Positions 26,801 to 39,397 of a stretch of 64,000 nt of DNA are shown piece by piece; within the stretch, counting starts at the first letter, position 1; each line of letters starts with the position of its first letter. A program made the translations under genes and the position numbers. Source of the DNA: Oikopleura dioica. Taxonomy: Eukaryota > Animalia > Chordata. A model generated the notes under the pieces. That model did not search any database. It was given only the letters and a program-made list of their open reading frames with translations, and was not told the DNA's origin. Where the stretch lies: assembly GCA_907165135.1 (NCBI GenBank), contig OU015567.1, positions 15,810,001 through 15,874,000 on the forward strand, written 5' to 3'.

Positions 26801-29800
26801 ATTTAATACAAGTTAACGATTTTATCATAATTAATTTTAATTTTGATATTTATTCATATTTTTAAATTATTTATTTTTAGGGCTTAGGAGGGTAGGCACC
26901 AGAGTTGCAAATTTGGCTTTATTTTCGCTGACCTGAGTGAGCTGAGTTGAGCTATTTTTTACTGTATTTTAGTAGTAAAATTGTGTTGAAATCATTGAGC
27001 TGAGCTGAATGATTATCGACGATAATTTATCGTCTGAGCTGAGGAGATCAGTTCACTTTTGAAAATCACTGAGCAGTCTCAGCTCACTTAACTCAGCAAA
27101 TTTGAAACTCTGGTAGGCACATTATACGGTATTACTAATACTGTATTAGAAAGCTCAGAAGCTGAGCTTTATTTTGACTATTGATAACGGGGTGATCTCG
27201 TACCTGGCCCTTTTCGGACTCTAACCATCTTTCAAGAAGAAAAATCTCCAAAGTTGATCCCGAGTGATCCCAGGTAACCCCAACTTGACCTCAGGTCAGC
27301 AATGATGCAGATATTATATCCAATATTAGATATATAAGATATTAGTCCCTATATTCTATAATGATAAGGGCTATACTTCACCGAAGTCGCTTGATCTAAT
27401 GAATGGCCTCGGAATCCTGTAAACAGGAACAGAGACAGGAACAGGGATTTTATTTTTTGGCCCATTTTAATTAAAAAAAAATTATATATTAAAATTAAAA
27501 TTAATAACATAAAATTGTTCACTTGTATTTCAAGCAGATTTGCTTCATTCGCATTTTCTTCCAGCAGGTTGAGTCCTCCTCGGGCTAACAGTTACGTCAC
27601 GCCCTGGGCGAGCGCTGATGATTCACGCAACCCTGTTAATTGAGTGCCAAAGTTTACCCTGCTAACAATGAGCCCTTTTGCCAAAGTTTATCCTGCTAAC
27701 ATGGGGGCAAGTTTGCCTGGGGTTTATCCTGCTAAATTCAGATTTTCGCCAACGTTTATCCTGGTAACAAGGGGATGACCTATGTTAAAAAATATCTCAA
27801 GTAAGCGCTTTCTATAAGAAAAATCTGATTGGCGAGCCCTTCACTAAGAAATCCTTATCTTCGAACTCAAGATGGGCCAATCTGGGGAGGACGGAATAGA
27901 CCGAAGGAGCATGGAAGTCTTCAGGAACGGTCGACTTGAATAGATTGCTAGCGATAAAGCGAGACCACCTCTTTCTAACTTACCGGTTTCATCGCGGCTC
28001 CATCGAAATTAACCTTCAACGGAGCCAGCGCTTTCTGGTAATTTGTTGTTCCGCACTTGGGAGGCAAACAGACGAGCAGCCCGTCTGAACCTTTCTTCTG
28101 GATCTAATCCGCGGTCGAGTTAAAAGGTCGAGCCAATTTCGATTTTATGAAGCGCAAAAGTGCGATTTCCGACACATCGCCCAGCATTTCAAAAGAAATT
28201 GGATTTCTGACTCGCGAAAATACTCGAAAGTACTGATTTCACTCGTGAAAAAGTAGTAATCGCCACTTTCTGACACGTTGTGGCGCTGTTTCAAAATTGG
28301 CCAATCAAAAGCCTGGAAATCTTTAAAGCGAATTTATTTGTAAAAATAAGCCGTAATCGTAAGTTTTCAAATCTTTTATCATTAAAAAAAATTTTGAAAA
28401 TTTTATAGCTTCTTATTGGTCGATTCACGCATTTGAAATTTCGACCAATCAGAAGATAAGAAATTTAAAAATGGTCTAATTTTTCGCTTCAAACGCTGAG
28501 CCTTACTGTAATGATTTTTGTTCTCTACTTCTCTCATTTATGGTTTTCAAGGCTTCTGATTGCCCAATAATCAAACAGCGCCACCATTTGAGAATAATGA
28601 AATCATGGCATTTTCCGCGAATCAAGATCCATTCCTGAGTTCTTGAAAGCCGGCCCCTCAACTTTGAAAACAGGATTGCCTCGCCTTCCATAGCGCTCGG
28701 GGATACAGTCGTCCGTCGCTGCCAGTCCGTCAATTTTGACATGAACGTCTTGTATAAGTCGGTGCAGCGCGACAAGTTCCTCAAACGTTCCCGTTTTCTT
28801 CACTCTTTCAACTTTAATCTGGCTCAAAATCAAACTGTCAAAATTTGGAAATTTAAAAATTGCATCGTGATGGGAAAAAATGTTTTCTTGGATTATCATT
28901 TCTCTAGAAAAAAGCCATTTACAGTTTTATTTGGGTCAAAAAACGACAAAAAATACCAAAAGACCCGACCATAAGCAAATGACGACAGACGATGGCGCTG
29001 TTTCAAATCGACCAATCAGAACCCTAGATTTCGAATAAGAGGTAGGCTCTTAAACGAAGAGCCTTGTTATACAGTAAGTCTGGTTTTTTGCAGTTATTTC
29101 TTTCGTTAAAATTTCTTGGCTTCTGATTGGCCAATAACAAACAGCGCCACCTGGCGAAAAAAATCTAGAAAATCTTAGAAAATTAGTTTTTCATTTTCTT
29201 TTTTTCTTTGATTTTTTAATTTTTTTTTCAAAAAAAGCAGAATTTGCAGTTATTTCGGTCAAAAACTGTTTGTTCCGAAAATTTAGCGAAAAATGCTGAT
29301 CGCTTCCGTTGAACTGACGTATGCGTTTGTTTTTCTCCAGACCACTAATGGCCGTGTTCTGTAATACTATAAATATTTTGCGCTGTTATAAAATATTTGA
29401 ATATGTGCCGCAAAACCGTAACGGTATAAAGTTGCGTGGATAATCCTGTGTTGGTATGGCTTTTTGAGTAAGAACTTGGCGATTGCCACGTTTAAGGGGA
29501 TAGACTTTTTTGCTATGTATTAACATAGTGACACCCTTATTTTCTCTTGCCAATGAAAGGCTTAAACATTCATCTTTATTTTCTGAAGGCCAGAATTTTC
29601 TATTCGAAAATATTTTCACAAAAATTTTGACTCGAAATTGAAAAATTTTCCTAGAATATCCAAAATAGCGAAAAAATAAGGGTGTCGCAATCTAAAATCT
29701 TGATAAACTCTGGCCATTGTAATAAATTAGTTTTGACTGTATCGAACTATATTTTGAGCCGTTTTTGAGTGCAAAACAGAACAAGCACGTTTCAAAACTT

Positions 29801-31672
29801 GTTTTCTGTAACTGAACTGATCCGACTTTGGCTGCTCCGGGATTTGCTCGGCCGTTTTCGCTGCAGGAACGTTTTCAGGCGATAAGGACTCCTTATCACT
29901 ATCGGGCTCACTGAATAAAGGAAAATGAAAGTGTTTTCTTTTACAATTGTTTTGTATAAAGTCAACTATCGGCTGAACAGTTCCACTGATAAATTGTAAG
30001 AGCGGATGAGCACCGCCCTAACTGATTGCCAAAAGAGAGTTCTATTGGATTTTGTCTGGTTGGATTTTTGGTCAAAATTATCGCTTTTTTGTCGATTCGA
30101 TCCTCTTCCTGTACCTGCGCTCGGCAACCTGTGCAGAAACCCTGAGTCAGTGTCTGAAAGATAAAAAATTTAAAAATTGATTAGATAGGTAAGATATGCC
30201 GAGCGGCTTACTATTTAAATAAGCCGCTACGCGGCTTTTCATAAAGGATCTTTCAGACCCTGAATCAGGTTTTCTACAGAGGTTGCCGAGCCGAAAACTG
30301 CACCACGTTTTCCCTTTTCCGGGGACCCCTGTAATATTTAATTTTCGAAGTTCGGAACTTCCAAATTTCATATAATTTTCGTTTCTGAAATGTGCTCTTC
30401 CTTGAACGTGACCGGTCGGTTTTAGAATCAGGCACTCTCACCTGTTGTCGTTTTTCGTTAACGAGGGCGGCTTTTGATTCTGTTGATTAGCGGTTTTGGC
30501 GCGGACGTGTAGCTAAAGTGTACGGTAAGATGACGTGCAAAAGGCTCTTTTTTTCTGCGCCAAGTGTAACATTTTTCGGATTTTTGCGCCCTGAGCCCGT
30601 CATTTCGCATTTGCCAGCTTTCTTACACGTTCTCAGAAACGCCGAAAAAACGCAAAACGCGGAAAGTTGCGAAATAAACAAACAAGCGTGGTACAGAATA
30701 GTTGCTCGGCCCACCTACTTATGGACCTACTGCGGTTAATGAGAACTGGTAGGAGTCTATTTAAAATGCACGTGGAGCATACCAAATTGATAATTCCCTT
30801 TTACCGTACTTTTTTACTCAAAAAATGGGATAAAAATAGAGTTCAATATCAAGAACTGGATCCTTGGCTCGGCAACCTGTGAAGAAAACCTGAGTCAGGT
30901 TCTCTGAAACAGACATAAAAGCCGAGACCCTGACTCAGGTTTTTACACAGGTTGCCAAGCTCAAACTGGATCTTTCTTAAGACATTTGGCAAATCGTCCC
31001 CTTAGAATGTTTTTCAGGGAATCTGTCACTGAAGTTTCATTATAAAAAGGGTTTTTGTGAAAAAAAAGAAAAAAAATCTGAGAAAAATTTTTATTTTTCG
31101 GCAAAAAAACTCGGTTTTATTTCAAAAATTAGCTCTAAAATTGGGTGAACGATGTCGGTCACCTTAAAAAGAATACTACCTAGGTATATAAATACATAAT
31201 ATAAAACAGTTCTCTTTTCTTCAAGACAAGCAATCGGCTCTGATGATGGACTTTCTGTTCCGAAAACGTTAAGCCTGCAATAAAACGAACTCAATATAAA
31301 ATACAGGTATTTTTAAGGGAAAATCATCGCTAACGCGGTTCTTGAAAAATAATTCTTATTGAAGATTTCAAAATGATACCTTTGAGCTTGAAATCTTTTT
31401 TGCTTAATTGCTGATTTCAGTTAGGATTAGGGTTAGGATTTCTCAAACGAAAATATGATGAGTAAATTTGCCAAATGTGCTTTATCATTTAAGAAAATAA
31501 GAGTATCACCATGAAATTTCAACCAAAAGAAGATTCTAGTTCCAGTTTCTTTTACCTGATTTGAAGAAGAAATGATATTGAACGCCCAAACATAAACAAT
31601 GACTGTAATGACCACTGCACATCCGACAAATGCCTTCTGCAAATCCCTGTAAGTCATTCCTCTGCTTCTCAT
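20808..31672 (-). CDS. Carbohydrate sulfotransferase, CHST8-14 (Sulfotransfer_2) family, with long TE-filled introns
   Basis: TM anchor (AFVGCAVVITVIVYVWAF); 5'-PSB CLPPKCGTTNYQK (~28050); 3'-PB NVRNPFSRLYSA (~25810); NWHWKSFFWHCAPCHLNYE; EIYRVYYEDFLLGGY; middle exon borders only partly resolved. Confidence 0.85.
21274..21728. mobile_element. hAT MITE (intronic)
   Basis: TIR CAGGGCTGGCAAATTAGGGTCC; perfect 8-bp TSD CTATGGAC. Confidence 0.9.
24388..24915. mobile_element. MITE, possibly Kolobok-like
   Basis: TTAA-GGAGGTAG ... CTAGCTCC-TTAC; imperfect TIR and TSD. Confidence 0.45.
26146..26297. mobile_element. piggyBac-like MITE
   Basis: TTAA on both sides; TIR CTCCAAGACG..TAAGGACCAAAAATT. 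Confidence 0.7.
26505..27785. mobile_element. Foldback-like element with ~230-bp TIRs
   Basis: Near-perfect long inverted repeats with internal TTAGCAGGATAAAC units; TA flanks. Confidence 0.8.
26900..27112. mobile_element. hAT MITE nested in the foldback element
   Basis: TIR CAGAGTT(G/T)CAAATTTG; perfect 8-bp TSD GTAGGCAC; AGCTGAG repeats as in 57687-58190. Confidence 0.9.
29527..29689. mobile_element. MITE family D (also ~10537-10627, ~22535-22927)
   Basis: TIR GTGACACCCTTATTTT / AAAATAAGGGTGTC(A/G)C. Confidence 0.65.
30117..30293. mobile_element. MITE family A
   Basis: Family TIR; flanks CT^AA. Confidence 0.85.
30865..30962. mobile_element. MITE family A (short)
   Basis: Family TIR; flanks CT^AA. 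Confidence 0.85.
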
Positions 31673-31968
31673 CTTCTTTTTTTTTTCTTTTTCTGATTGA
31701 GGAATAAATAAGCCTTTTGTCTAAGACTTTTATTCGCAAATTGGTGCTGTAGATTTTCGATCGTAAAAAATCAACGCGGCAATTTTTATTTCGGCGATTT
31801 ATCGATTCTTGTCGAAATTCGTGAAAATGCGTGTTTACCAAAACAAATCACTTTCAGGGCTCTCTTTCTGCTTTTACAGTTATTGATCAGCCTATTCATC
31901 AAAGGAAAAATAAAGGATCGTTAACTTTGAGCTCCTCGCTTTCTCAAACACGTGATTTTATCTTTTCT

Positions 31969-32124
31969 GAGCTCGGCAACCTGTGTAGAAAACCTGAGTC
32001 AAGATCTGAAAGAGTCAAAATGAAAAGCCGTTCCGCGGCTTTATTTAAAAAAAGTCGCTTCGTGGCTTTTTATTTTTGGTCTTTTAGAGCCTGAGTCAGG
32101 TTTTCAACACAGGTTTTTGAGCTC
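31969..32124. mobile_element. MITE family A
   Basis: Family TIR; flanks CT^AG. Confidence 0.85.
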
Positions 32125-33549
32125 AGTTTTTGTAGCTCCTTTTTTATCTATCGGAGGAGACATACTAATTATAAGATTTGAACTGATAAAATATGGAATT
32201 TGGTCGGTTTTTACAGGTAACGTTATATTCCTTGAAAAAGTGTGACTTTGTGGAGACTAATAATTATGATGCCATGTCCAGTCGTAAAAATGTCGATTTC
32301 AAGTCAAGTTTTCTGAATATTCTCTCGTAATATTGAGAAAATATATACAAATCTGATGCAAATGATTTGACAAAGAAAAATCAATATTTTTGCCAAAATT
32401 AGGGCAAATTCGTCAATTTTCGGCAAAAAGTCCAATTTTCAATCGCGATTTTGGGGGTGAAGGAGTCGAGATAGACCCCAAAAATGAAGCCCAAAATCGT
32501 TTTTTGGCCCGTAGAATCCATTTCCGGAGTCAGAATTTTAAAATTCCGAAATTTGATTTTTTTGAAAAAAGCTGACGAGCCCTTAATGACTTTCCATTGC
32601 AACAAAGGTATTTTTAAATTTTTCATTCCTTTCCTTATTTCTAGGGACTGAATCTTTACTGAATCTTCTCTGTAACTGTAAATAAATAAATCTCCTTCTG
32701 TCAAATCATAATTTAGAAAAAATAAACCAGCGTAAGAAATGGCAATAAACAAAAAAACTTTAATCACCCCAGGGAGAAATAATAATTCCAAGCCGGTGAT
32801 AGTGAATTCGGCGATGATTAAAATCAGGATTCTTTGTTTATAAAAATTATTCCGGCAAAGCGCGGCTAAGGAGCAAATGCCACTCTTGCGTCAGCGAAAA
32901 ACAAAATTATTTTTCTTGGAGATTTGAGCTCTTGAAAATTTATGAGCTGTGATAATTTGTTGCTTCTTCGCTGTTTTGGAAGTAAACATGTCAACTTAAA
33001 TATCAGAACCCAAGTGCTCATAAAAAAAACAGTTTTTTTTCGTGATAAAATTGCTTTTTAGGGGGTTAAAAAAATTTATGGAAGTGATTTTATGGATCAG
33101 GGTTTTGATTGGCCGGTAGGCCAAATATAGCAGTCTTACAGTAAGACTCTTACTGGTTATCCAAAAATGCATTTCCATAAATTGGCATAATCCTTTTTAA
33201 GGGGGTAAACATCATAAATGGTGATTTTCAAGATAATTTTTCGCCAAAAATTAAAATATTGACACCCTTATTTTATCTTTTAAATAGAAACTTTGAACCC
33301 TAAAAATGAAAGTTTCACAAAATTTTCTTTTGTTTTTTCTTTGATGCCATATTTGCATAGAAACGTGCAGAAATATTGACAGTTCTAACATTTTGGCTTT
33401 CACAGATTTTAGATAATATCTTAAAACGTATTTTGAGCAGAAAAAATATGGGGGTAACAATGTTTTTTAACCATGTTTAACCATGTTTTGGGTAACCATG
33501 AAAAGAAAAATCATCTCGAAAATCCAGTTTGCGATATCTACTCCCTTAA

Positions 33550-33657
33550 CCCGTTGCCGAGCGCGTAGCATTCAGGATGCTACAACCTGCCCTGAGGCTC
33601 GAAATCCAGCCTTACTATTGGCGTACTGCCTTCACACAGTTAGCGCTCGGAAACGGG
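33550..33657. mobile_element. piggyBac-like MITE
   Basis: TTAA-CCCGTT(G/T)CCGAGCGC ... GCGCTCGGAAACGGG-TTAA. Confidence 0.75.
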
Positions 33658-34949
33658 TTAAAATTAAAAGTGAACAGAATTATTTACTCGTTAAAATGGG
33701 GACCCCTATTTTGTTTCAAATCGTTTTTGGAGTCTTCCCACTAAAGGAGTTCTTTCCTTTGAGATTCGAAAAAGTGACCGTGTCTAACAGAAAAACTCGT
33801 TGATAAAATACTGAGAAGCGCGCCTGTATCTGGCTAGAATTAGCATATTTTATTAGGCGCGTTTCGCCACCACGAATTTCAATCAAATAAAACACGATAA
33901 TTGAGCCGCCGCCGGATATTGCGACATTTTTGGCAAGTTCAAAAAACCTCCCTCGTGCATTTTCAATCGCCCCGACATGAGTGTTTCATAAGCTGCTGTT
34001 TTGTTCGATTAACGGGACGCGAAAAGACAACTTTTTTCAAAAACCAAAACAAACAAAAAAAAAGTTCTAAAATTTTCGGGTTTCTTTTTGGCTAAAAAAC
34101 TGGCTTGCGCCACCACTTTCTCTTTTGGCTAAAACTTGGCTCGGCAACCTGTGTAAAAAACCTGAGTCAGGACCAGAAAAATATGGAGAAAACCTGTATT
34201 TTTAAAATCCTGACTCAGGTTTTCATCTTCATTCGATTGAAAAAATATTCTTTTCGCCTTTTTTATTGTTAGATAAGAGTTAAACTTGTTATGTATCCGA
34301 GAACGCCTTGACTTGTCAAAAAAGCGTTAAAAACTGTTTTTTTTCCCAGGAAGAGCGTCGGAATAATATGGACGGGCGTCGCACGCATTTCTTCTGGCTT
34401 TGGAAAAGATGGAGGAGCAGACCACGGAGATAGGCATCGCCGATGATCGCTGGCATCTCCCCTATCACTCGATTTGCTAGAATAACCTTTATTATTTACT
34501 TAAATATTCTCAGACCCTGACTCAGGTTTTCAAATTATTGATAACGCTGTTATCTTGAGGAAAGAAAGAATATTTCTTCGCGAATTTTAGTCGAAAAATT
34601 ATCGAAACTCGTTTCGGAATAATTTTTAACTCGGATATAAATTTTGTATATGATGATCTTCTCATTTTAACTTGCCAAACCTGCGATCAAGGATCTTTTG
34701 CACATTCCGCCTATTTGCGAATTTTAACTTGAAAAAAAAAATAAATTTTGAAAAGATAAAATTATGCAATTTCTAAAAACAGCGCGTTTTAGAGAGGCGA
34801 ATCTGGCGCAGCTTTGCGTCAAATTTGTCACGTAAAGCTTTCCGGGCTTGACGTATCCGTTTTTAATTTTTGTATTTTCAGTTGGAGGAAGTCCACATCG
34901 GGGAGAAACTACTAGAAGTAGCGCTAGAAAACGAGGGCCCTGACTCTGA

Positions 34950-35108
34950 AAACGCGAATCCAATGGGAATAAAGAGCTCCTCCCGAATCCGATCAACTCG
35001 ATCAAGATCATCCACACCATCTCCCGAAACTACAAAACTTCTGAGAAGATGACTTCACTCTTTATCAAGGTGGCTTATCAGATGATCGGATCCTGAAGGG
35101 CGTATATC
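34950..35108 (+). pseudogene. Axonemal dynein heavy chain (DNAH5/8-like) N-terminal fragment
   Basis: ELLPNPINSIKIIHTISRNYKTSEKMTSLFIKVAYQMIGS*RAYI closely resembles the DHC_N1 segment [40 protein letters not shown] as recalled; internal stop, frameshift ~34973, ends at a MITE. Confidence 0.7.
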
Positions 35109-35109
35109 T

Positions 35110-35225
35110 GGGCCCGATAACCTGTGTAGAAAACCTGAGTCAGGTTTTGAAGAGGTAAGATGAAAACCCGCACCGAACGAAGCCGCAAAGCCTGACTCAG
35201 GTTTTCTACACAGGTTGCCGAGCTC
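35110..35225. mobile_element. MITE family A
   Basis: Family TIR; flanks CT^AG. Confidence 0.8.
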
Positions 35226-35344
35226 AGTTATTTTATATACCGTATATATCAAGCAGGAATGGTAAGGAATGGGAAGGATCGTTCGGCAAGCGGACTTTTA
35301 ATTAAACCATATCGTTGAAAATATCCCGTTGATGGACGTCAATT

Positions 35345-35968
35345 GTGATAAGCGTCTCAAACTTGACACGATTTTCGATCGAGCTTGTTGAGTTCCTGCG
35401 GTGCTTTATCGATGAGCGTGTTCAAGAGCTCGAGGAAGAAGTTGTTTGTTTTTTTTTCATAATCGAAGGGTCAGCAGCGTTTCAGAATCTTGAGTCCAAA
35501 AAATTGATTTCGAACTTCGAAGAGTCCGATTTTGGGCAAAAAAAAATCACAGAAAATTTCATTTTTGCAAAACTTCAGAATTTCAACCACCTCCTGGAAA
35601 GTATTAAGAAGGTTCTCGTCACTGTTCGAGTGCTGAGCAAGCTGTTAGCTCTCAGAAAAGATGGGATCGATTCAATCCTCGAGAAGAAGAAGCTGGAAGC
35701 TTTTGAAACGAACATTAAGATGTTACATCTTAGAGGCAACCCCGTTAAGCTCGATTTTGTCGGCGCCGATTTGAATGACGAAGGTTCTATAAATTATTTG
35801 GAGATTCGAATTGGATCGAAGAAGCCGGTGCCAAGGACAAAGGTGTTAGAGATTCTCGCCATGTTCCAGCCGCTCTCTAAAAACATCAACTTGAACAAGC
35901 AAAAAGCTTATCAAGACTTGTTCAGGCGTTATCCGAAGCAAGATCTGAACGATTCTCTCCTTCAATAA
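35345..35968 (+). CDS. Orphan coding region, probably with small introns
   Basis: 207-aa open frame; no family recognised apart from a possible dynein-like patch. Confidence 0.35.
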   Translation: MISVSNLTRFSIELVEFLRCFIDERVQELEEEVVCFFFIIEGSAAFQNLESKKLISNFEESDFGQKKITENFIFAKLQNFNHLLESIKKVLVTVRVLSKLLALRKDGIDSILEKKKLEAFETNIKMLHLRGNPVKLDFVGADLNDEGSINYLEIRIGSKKPVPRTKVLEILAMFQPLSKNINLNKQKAYQDLFRRYPKQDLNDSLLQ

Positions 35969-36929
35969 GCAAAACAAGATCCAGCAGGGTCAGAGTTCTT
36001 CCCTTTTTTTACCAAATTTTCAGGGTCACATCACATTTGGAAGAAGTTCTAGTGCCCAAAAACTCGCTGATTGAAAGGACTTTTTTTTCAACAATAGTTT
36101 GTTTGGGCTTATCTTCACCGCGCTTTTTGGCATCGTTTTTCTCAACGACCTGCTGTTTTTTGACAAGAGCGAGGTGTTCCTGTAGAACAACCTTCTTTCC
36201 TCCCGATAAAAAGGATTGTCAACAAGCTTGTTCACGGTTCACTGGGTGTCATCCAAAAACTGGGAATCATCGGAATGGGGAATTTCTAATGCGATGTCGG
36301 CAATAAGAGCAAATACTTCTTAATCGGCATTCCAAATCATTTGGCCAATTATTATGAGTCATAAATAATTTCAACTCTTTCTAGCTATTTTTGAAAATAA
36401 TTGAAAGTAACCGCTAAATCATGATTTTGACCCTTGAAAACAGGCAGCTCTTCAAACGAATGGACGAGCGAATGGCCGTCATCCGGCCACTTCAGCTTGA
36501 ATTCAAGATACTTGATACCAAGGACGCCAAGACGGCCAGCAAGACGTACAATCAAATCAGCAGCACTTTTATTGAGTAAATTACGATGTATCAAAAAATT
36601 GATTTTTTAGAGAAAGCCCCTAAAAACGCACATTTTTAGCTTTAGCATTTCTCTGCAGTATGGATTCGCCAGAAACAACTGAATCAGTAGAACCAATTTA
36701 AAAATCATTTTCGAATTTTTTTTCATAAAAAATATGATTAAAAAACAGAATTACGTAAGAAAATTTCAATTCTACCTCACTTGTTAAAAAATCGAGCGCT
36801 TGATTTTTATTCGCGCATCGAAATCAACGAGGAGTTTTCATTCATTTTTCTTTCGCTGATGAGAAGTGCGAATATTTTTAAAGGCTGTTTTTCGAAATCA
36901 AGATAGGAAATTTTATTTTATGTACAGAA

Positions 36930-39290
36930 TTATTGTCGAATCGTAATGTTCCAGCGGACAAAAGTATGTCCTCCTTCGAGTTTGACCATTCCTTTTGAAT
37001 CCGGCGTCAACTTTTTCGCCGAGTTGTAGCTCTTCCCAGTATCACCGCCAATATCGTCCGCGGTGGCTTGAAAGTCGACGCGTTTTCCTAAAAAATAAAA
37101 TCTCAAATTCAACAATCGATACCGTTGTAAGTGAGCCACATTTTCCAGAATTGCCCGTCGCCACCGTAGTCTTTTTTGCTCGTTTGATGTCGGATTGTCC
37201 ATCCAGCTTCCGACACTTCCAAATTTTTGCATTGAAAAAAACTTTATTTTGGCTGAAAATCGCGTCGAAACAAAACTCAAAATACTGAAAAATGCGATTT
37301 AATCCAATTCCTTCAAATTAAAAGTCGTGAACCCAGCTGCCATTGCTCGAAGCACTCTTCGCACTGCTGCTTCCTCGTGTCCTCTTCGGACAGATGAAGA
37401 GTCGTCGCCGTTGTAAAGTCCAAATCCGTTCAGTGGTGATGCGCCGAGGAATTCAACCTTTTCTTTCAGTCCTTTATTTTCTGTTTCCAGCTTTGTGATT
37501 TTGTTTTGAGCTTCCTTCAAAGTCTCCTGTGTTTTTGTTAATCTCTGTTCAGCTTTCACCATAAATCCATCATTTTCTTCTGTGTCTCTTCAAGTTTCTT
37601 CTGCAACTCCGCAATCAAATGATCATTAATAACATCCTTGGTCTCCAGTCGATTGAGTCCAAAAACGAGATTTTCGGGTTTGATTCGATGTTTGAGCTGC
37701 TCGACCAAACTCCACAAAACAGGCTGGTTCATCAAAGAAGTCACGCTTTCGACTCGCTCGCCGATTTCGACGACCAAACACTGCTTGATCAGACTTTCCA
37801 TTACAGGGAAGGCGACTTCGGCTGGACTTCGAATGTTTTGGGCGATGTTCATCATTGTTTGGAAATGGTTGTCCGTGGCGAAGGGATGTCTTTTTTCAGT
37901 TTTGAAACTTTATTTTGTGAGAAAGTATTTTCGAAAATAAAAAATAAGAGAAGAAATAAACTTTTCTAAAATTTGGTAAAACTGTCCCTAAAAGTACAAA
38001 GCATTTGCATAATGATTCCGAATGGCCACAAATCTCGTCGGAAAGAGATCTGCTCGGTTTCCTTATCAGTGTTTGAAAATTGTTGAAACACCGGTCTGAG
38101 GAAGAACCGTCCAATTTTTTCGGAAAAATGTCGGCTAAAATTCAAGCAAATATCCGCTCAATGATTTTGGGTAGAATAAATTTTTGGAAGAGATTTTTAT
38201 GAAAAGGGTTTTGATTGGCCGGTAGACCAAATACAGCAATCTTATTCGTTATCCGAAAATTCAATTCCAAAAATTGGTTTTGTCTTTGATTTTCGGAACC
38301 TTCTTTTTCAAACACTGTTCCTGATTCTTGAGTGTTTCCGGCGGGTAATAGTCAATTGTTCCTGCGACGCCGGTATTTTTGGTCGCTTCGATTGTTCGGG
38401 AAATGTTGAAATCGGCCAGCTTCGCCTAATTTTTGCATTTATTTTGTGAAGTCATCGATTATTTACCGTTTTCTTATCAGCAGAAAGAAGGACATTTTCG
38501 GGCTTTACGTCTCGGTGGATTACATTTTGGGAATGAACGTAGTCTATTTTAAAATTACGACTTTATTATTCAAATTTCCTCAAACCTAGAGCAACAGCCA
38601 GTTGAGCCGTTATCCGAAGCGCTTCGTTTTCATCCCAGGGTTCTTCAGTTTCTTTTCCTTCTGAAAGAATCAATAAAGAAAGAATGTTATTGCTGAATCT
38701 TACCGTTGAGAAGCTTCTCTTTGAGATATTCGGACAAATCGCCTCCAGGAAGATATTCGAGGATTAGCGCGTGGTAGGTGAAGTTTTTTGGGCCATTGAA
38801 AACGAAATCATCGAGTAGTTTCACGACATAGTCGTTGTCTTTTCAGAGGTTAAAAATTGAATTGAAATAATGAATCAAGCAAAAACTTATTCAAACAAAA
38901 TCAAACCCCTTTCCTAGTTTTTGAAGCAGGGCAACTTCCGATTTTGCGTCTTCTTCTTGCTGTTCATTTAAAAGTGCGATTCCCTTGAGCATTTTCAACT
39001 CGTTGTCTAAATACGATTACGAAACCGCCCCTTCCACACTTCCCCTTACCATTTTGAGTATCCTCAACGAGGAAGTAAATCTTCCCATCTCTCGACTCTT
39101 TCAATTCTCTGATCGCCTTGTAGCGCTGGTTGATCATCTCACCTTCCATTTTCGTCAAAATTCGATTCTGCTGAATGAGAAGACAGAATTTGCAGCGCGG
39201 CCGGCTTTTTTATTTGCAAAGATCGCCTTCTTCAAATTCTGCAAATATTGCTCAGAATTCGCCACCGCCCAACAACTGTATTTGTTCTGT
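36930..39290 (-). CDS. Ser/Thr kinase-coiled coil-PRY/SPRY-like protein
   Basis: HRDVKPEN, KLADFNISR, YPPE, DLWPFG, coiled coil, shared C-terminal block; extra 259-nt GA-AG intron; possible frameshift near 37560. Confidence 0.8.
38067..38317. mobile_element. hAT MITE forming a GA-AG intron (38062-38320)
   Basis: TIR CAGTGTTTGAAAA; 8-bp TSD TTCCTTAT / TTCCTGAT. Confidence 0.9.
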
Positions 39291-39397
39291 CTATTTACAG
39301 GTCTTCGTCGAAAATGAAAATTTCCCGGATATTTTTAAAAGAGACAGAATGAAAACAAAAATTCATAATATTTTATTAAGTTTTATTTTTTTATTGA

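Noticed and set aside
32399-32791. ORF with an N-terminal hydrophobic anchor
   Set aside because: Could be a real exon, but it could not be linked to any gene
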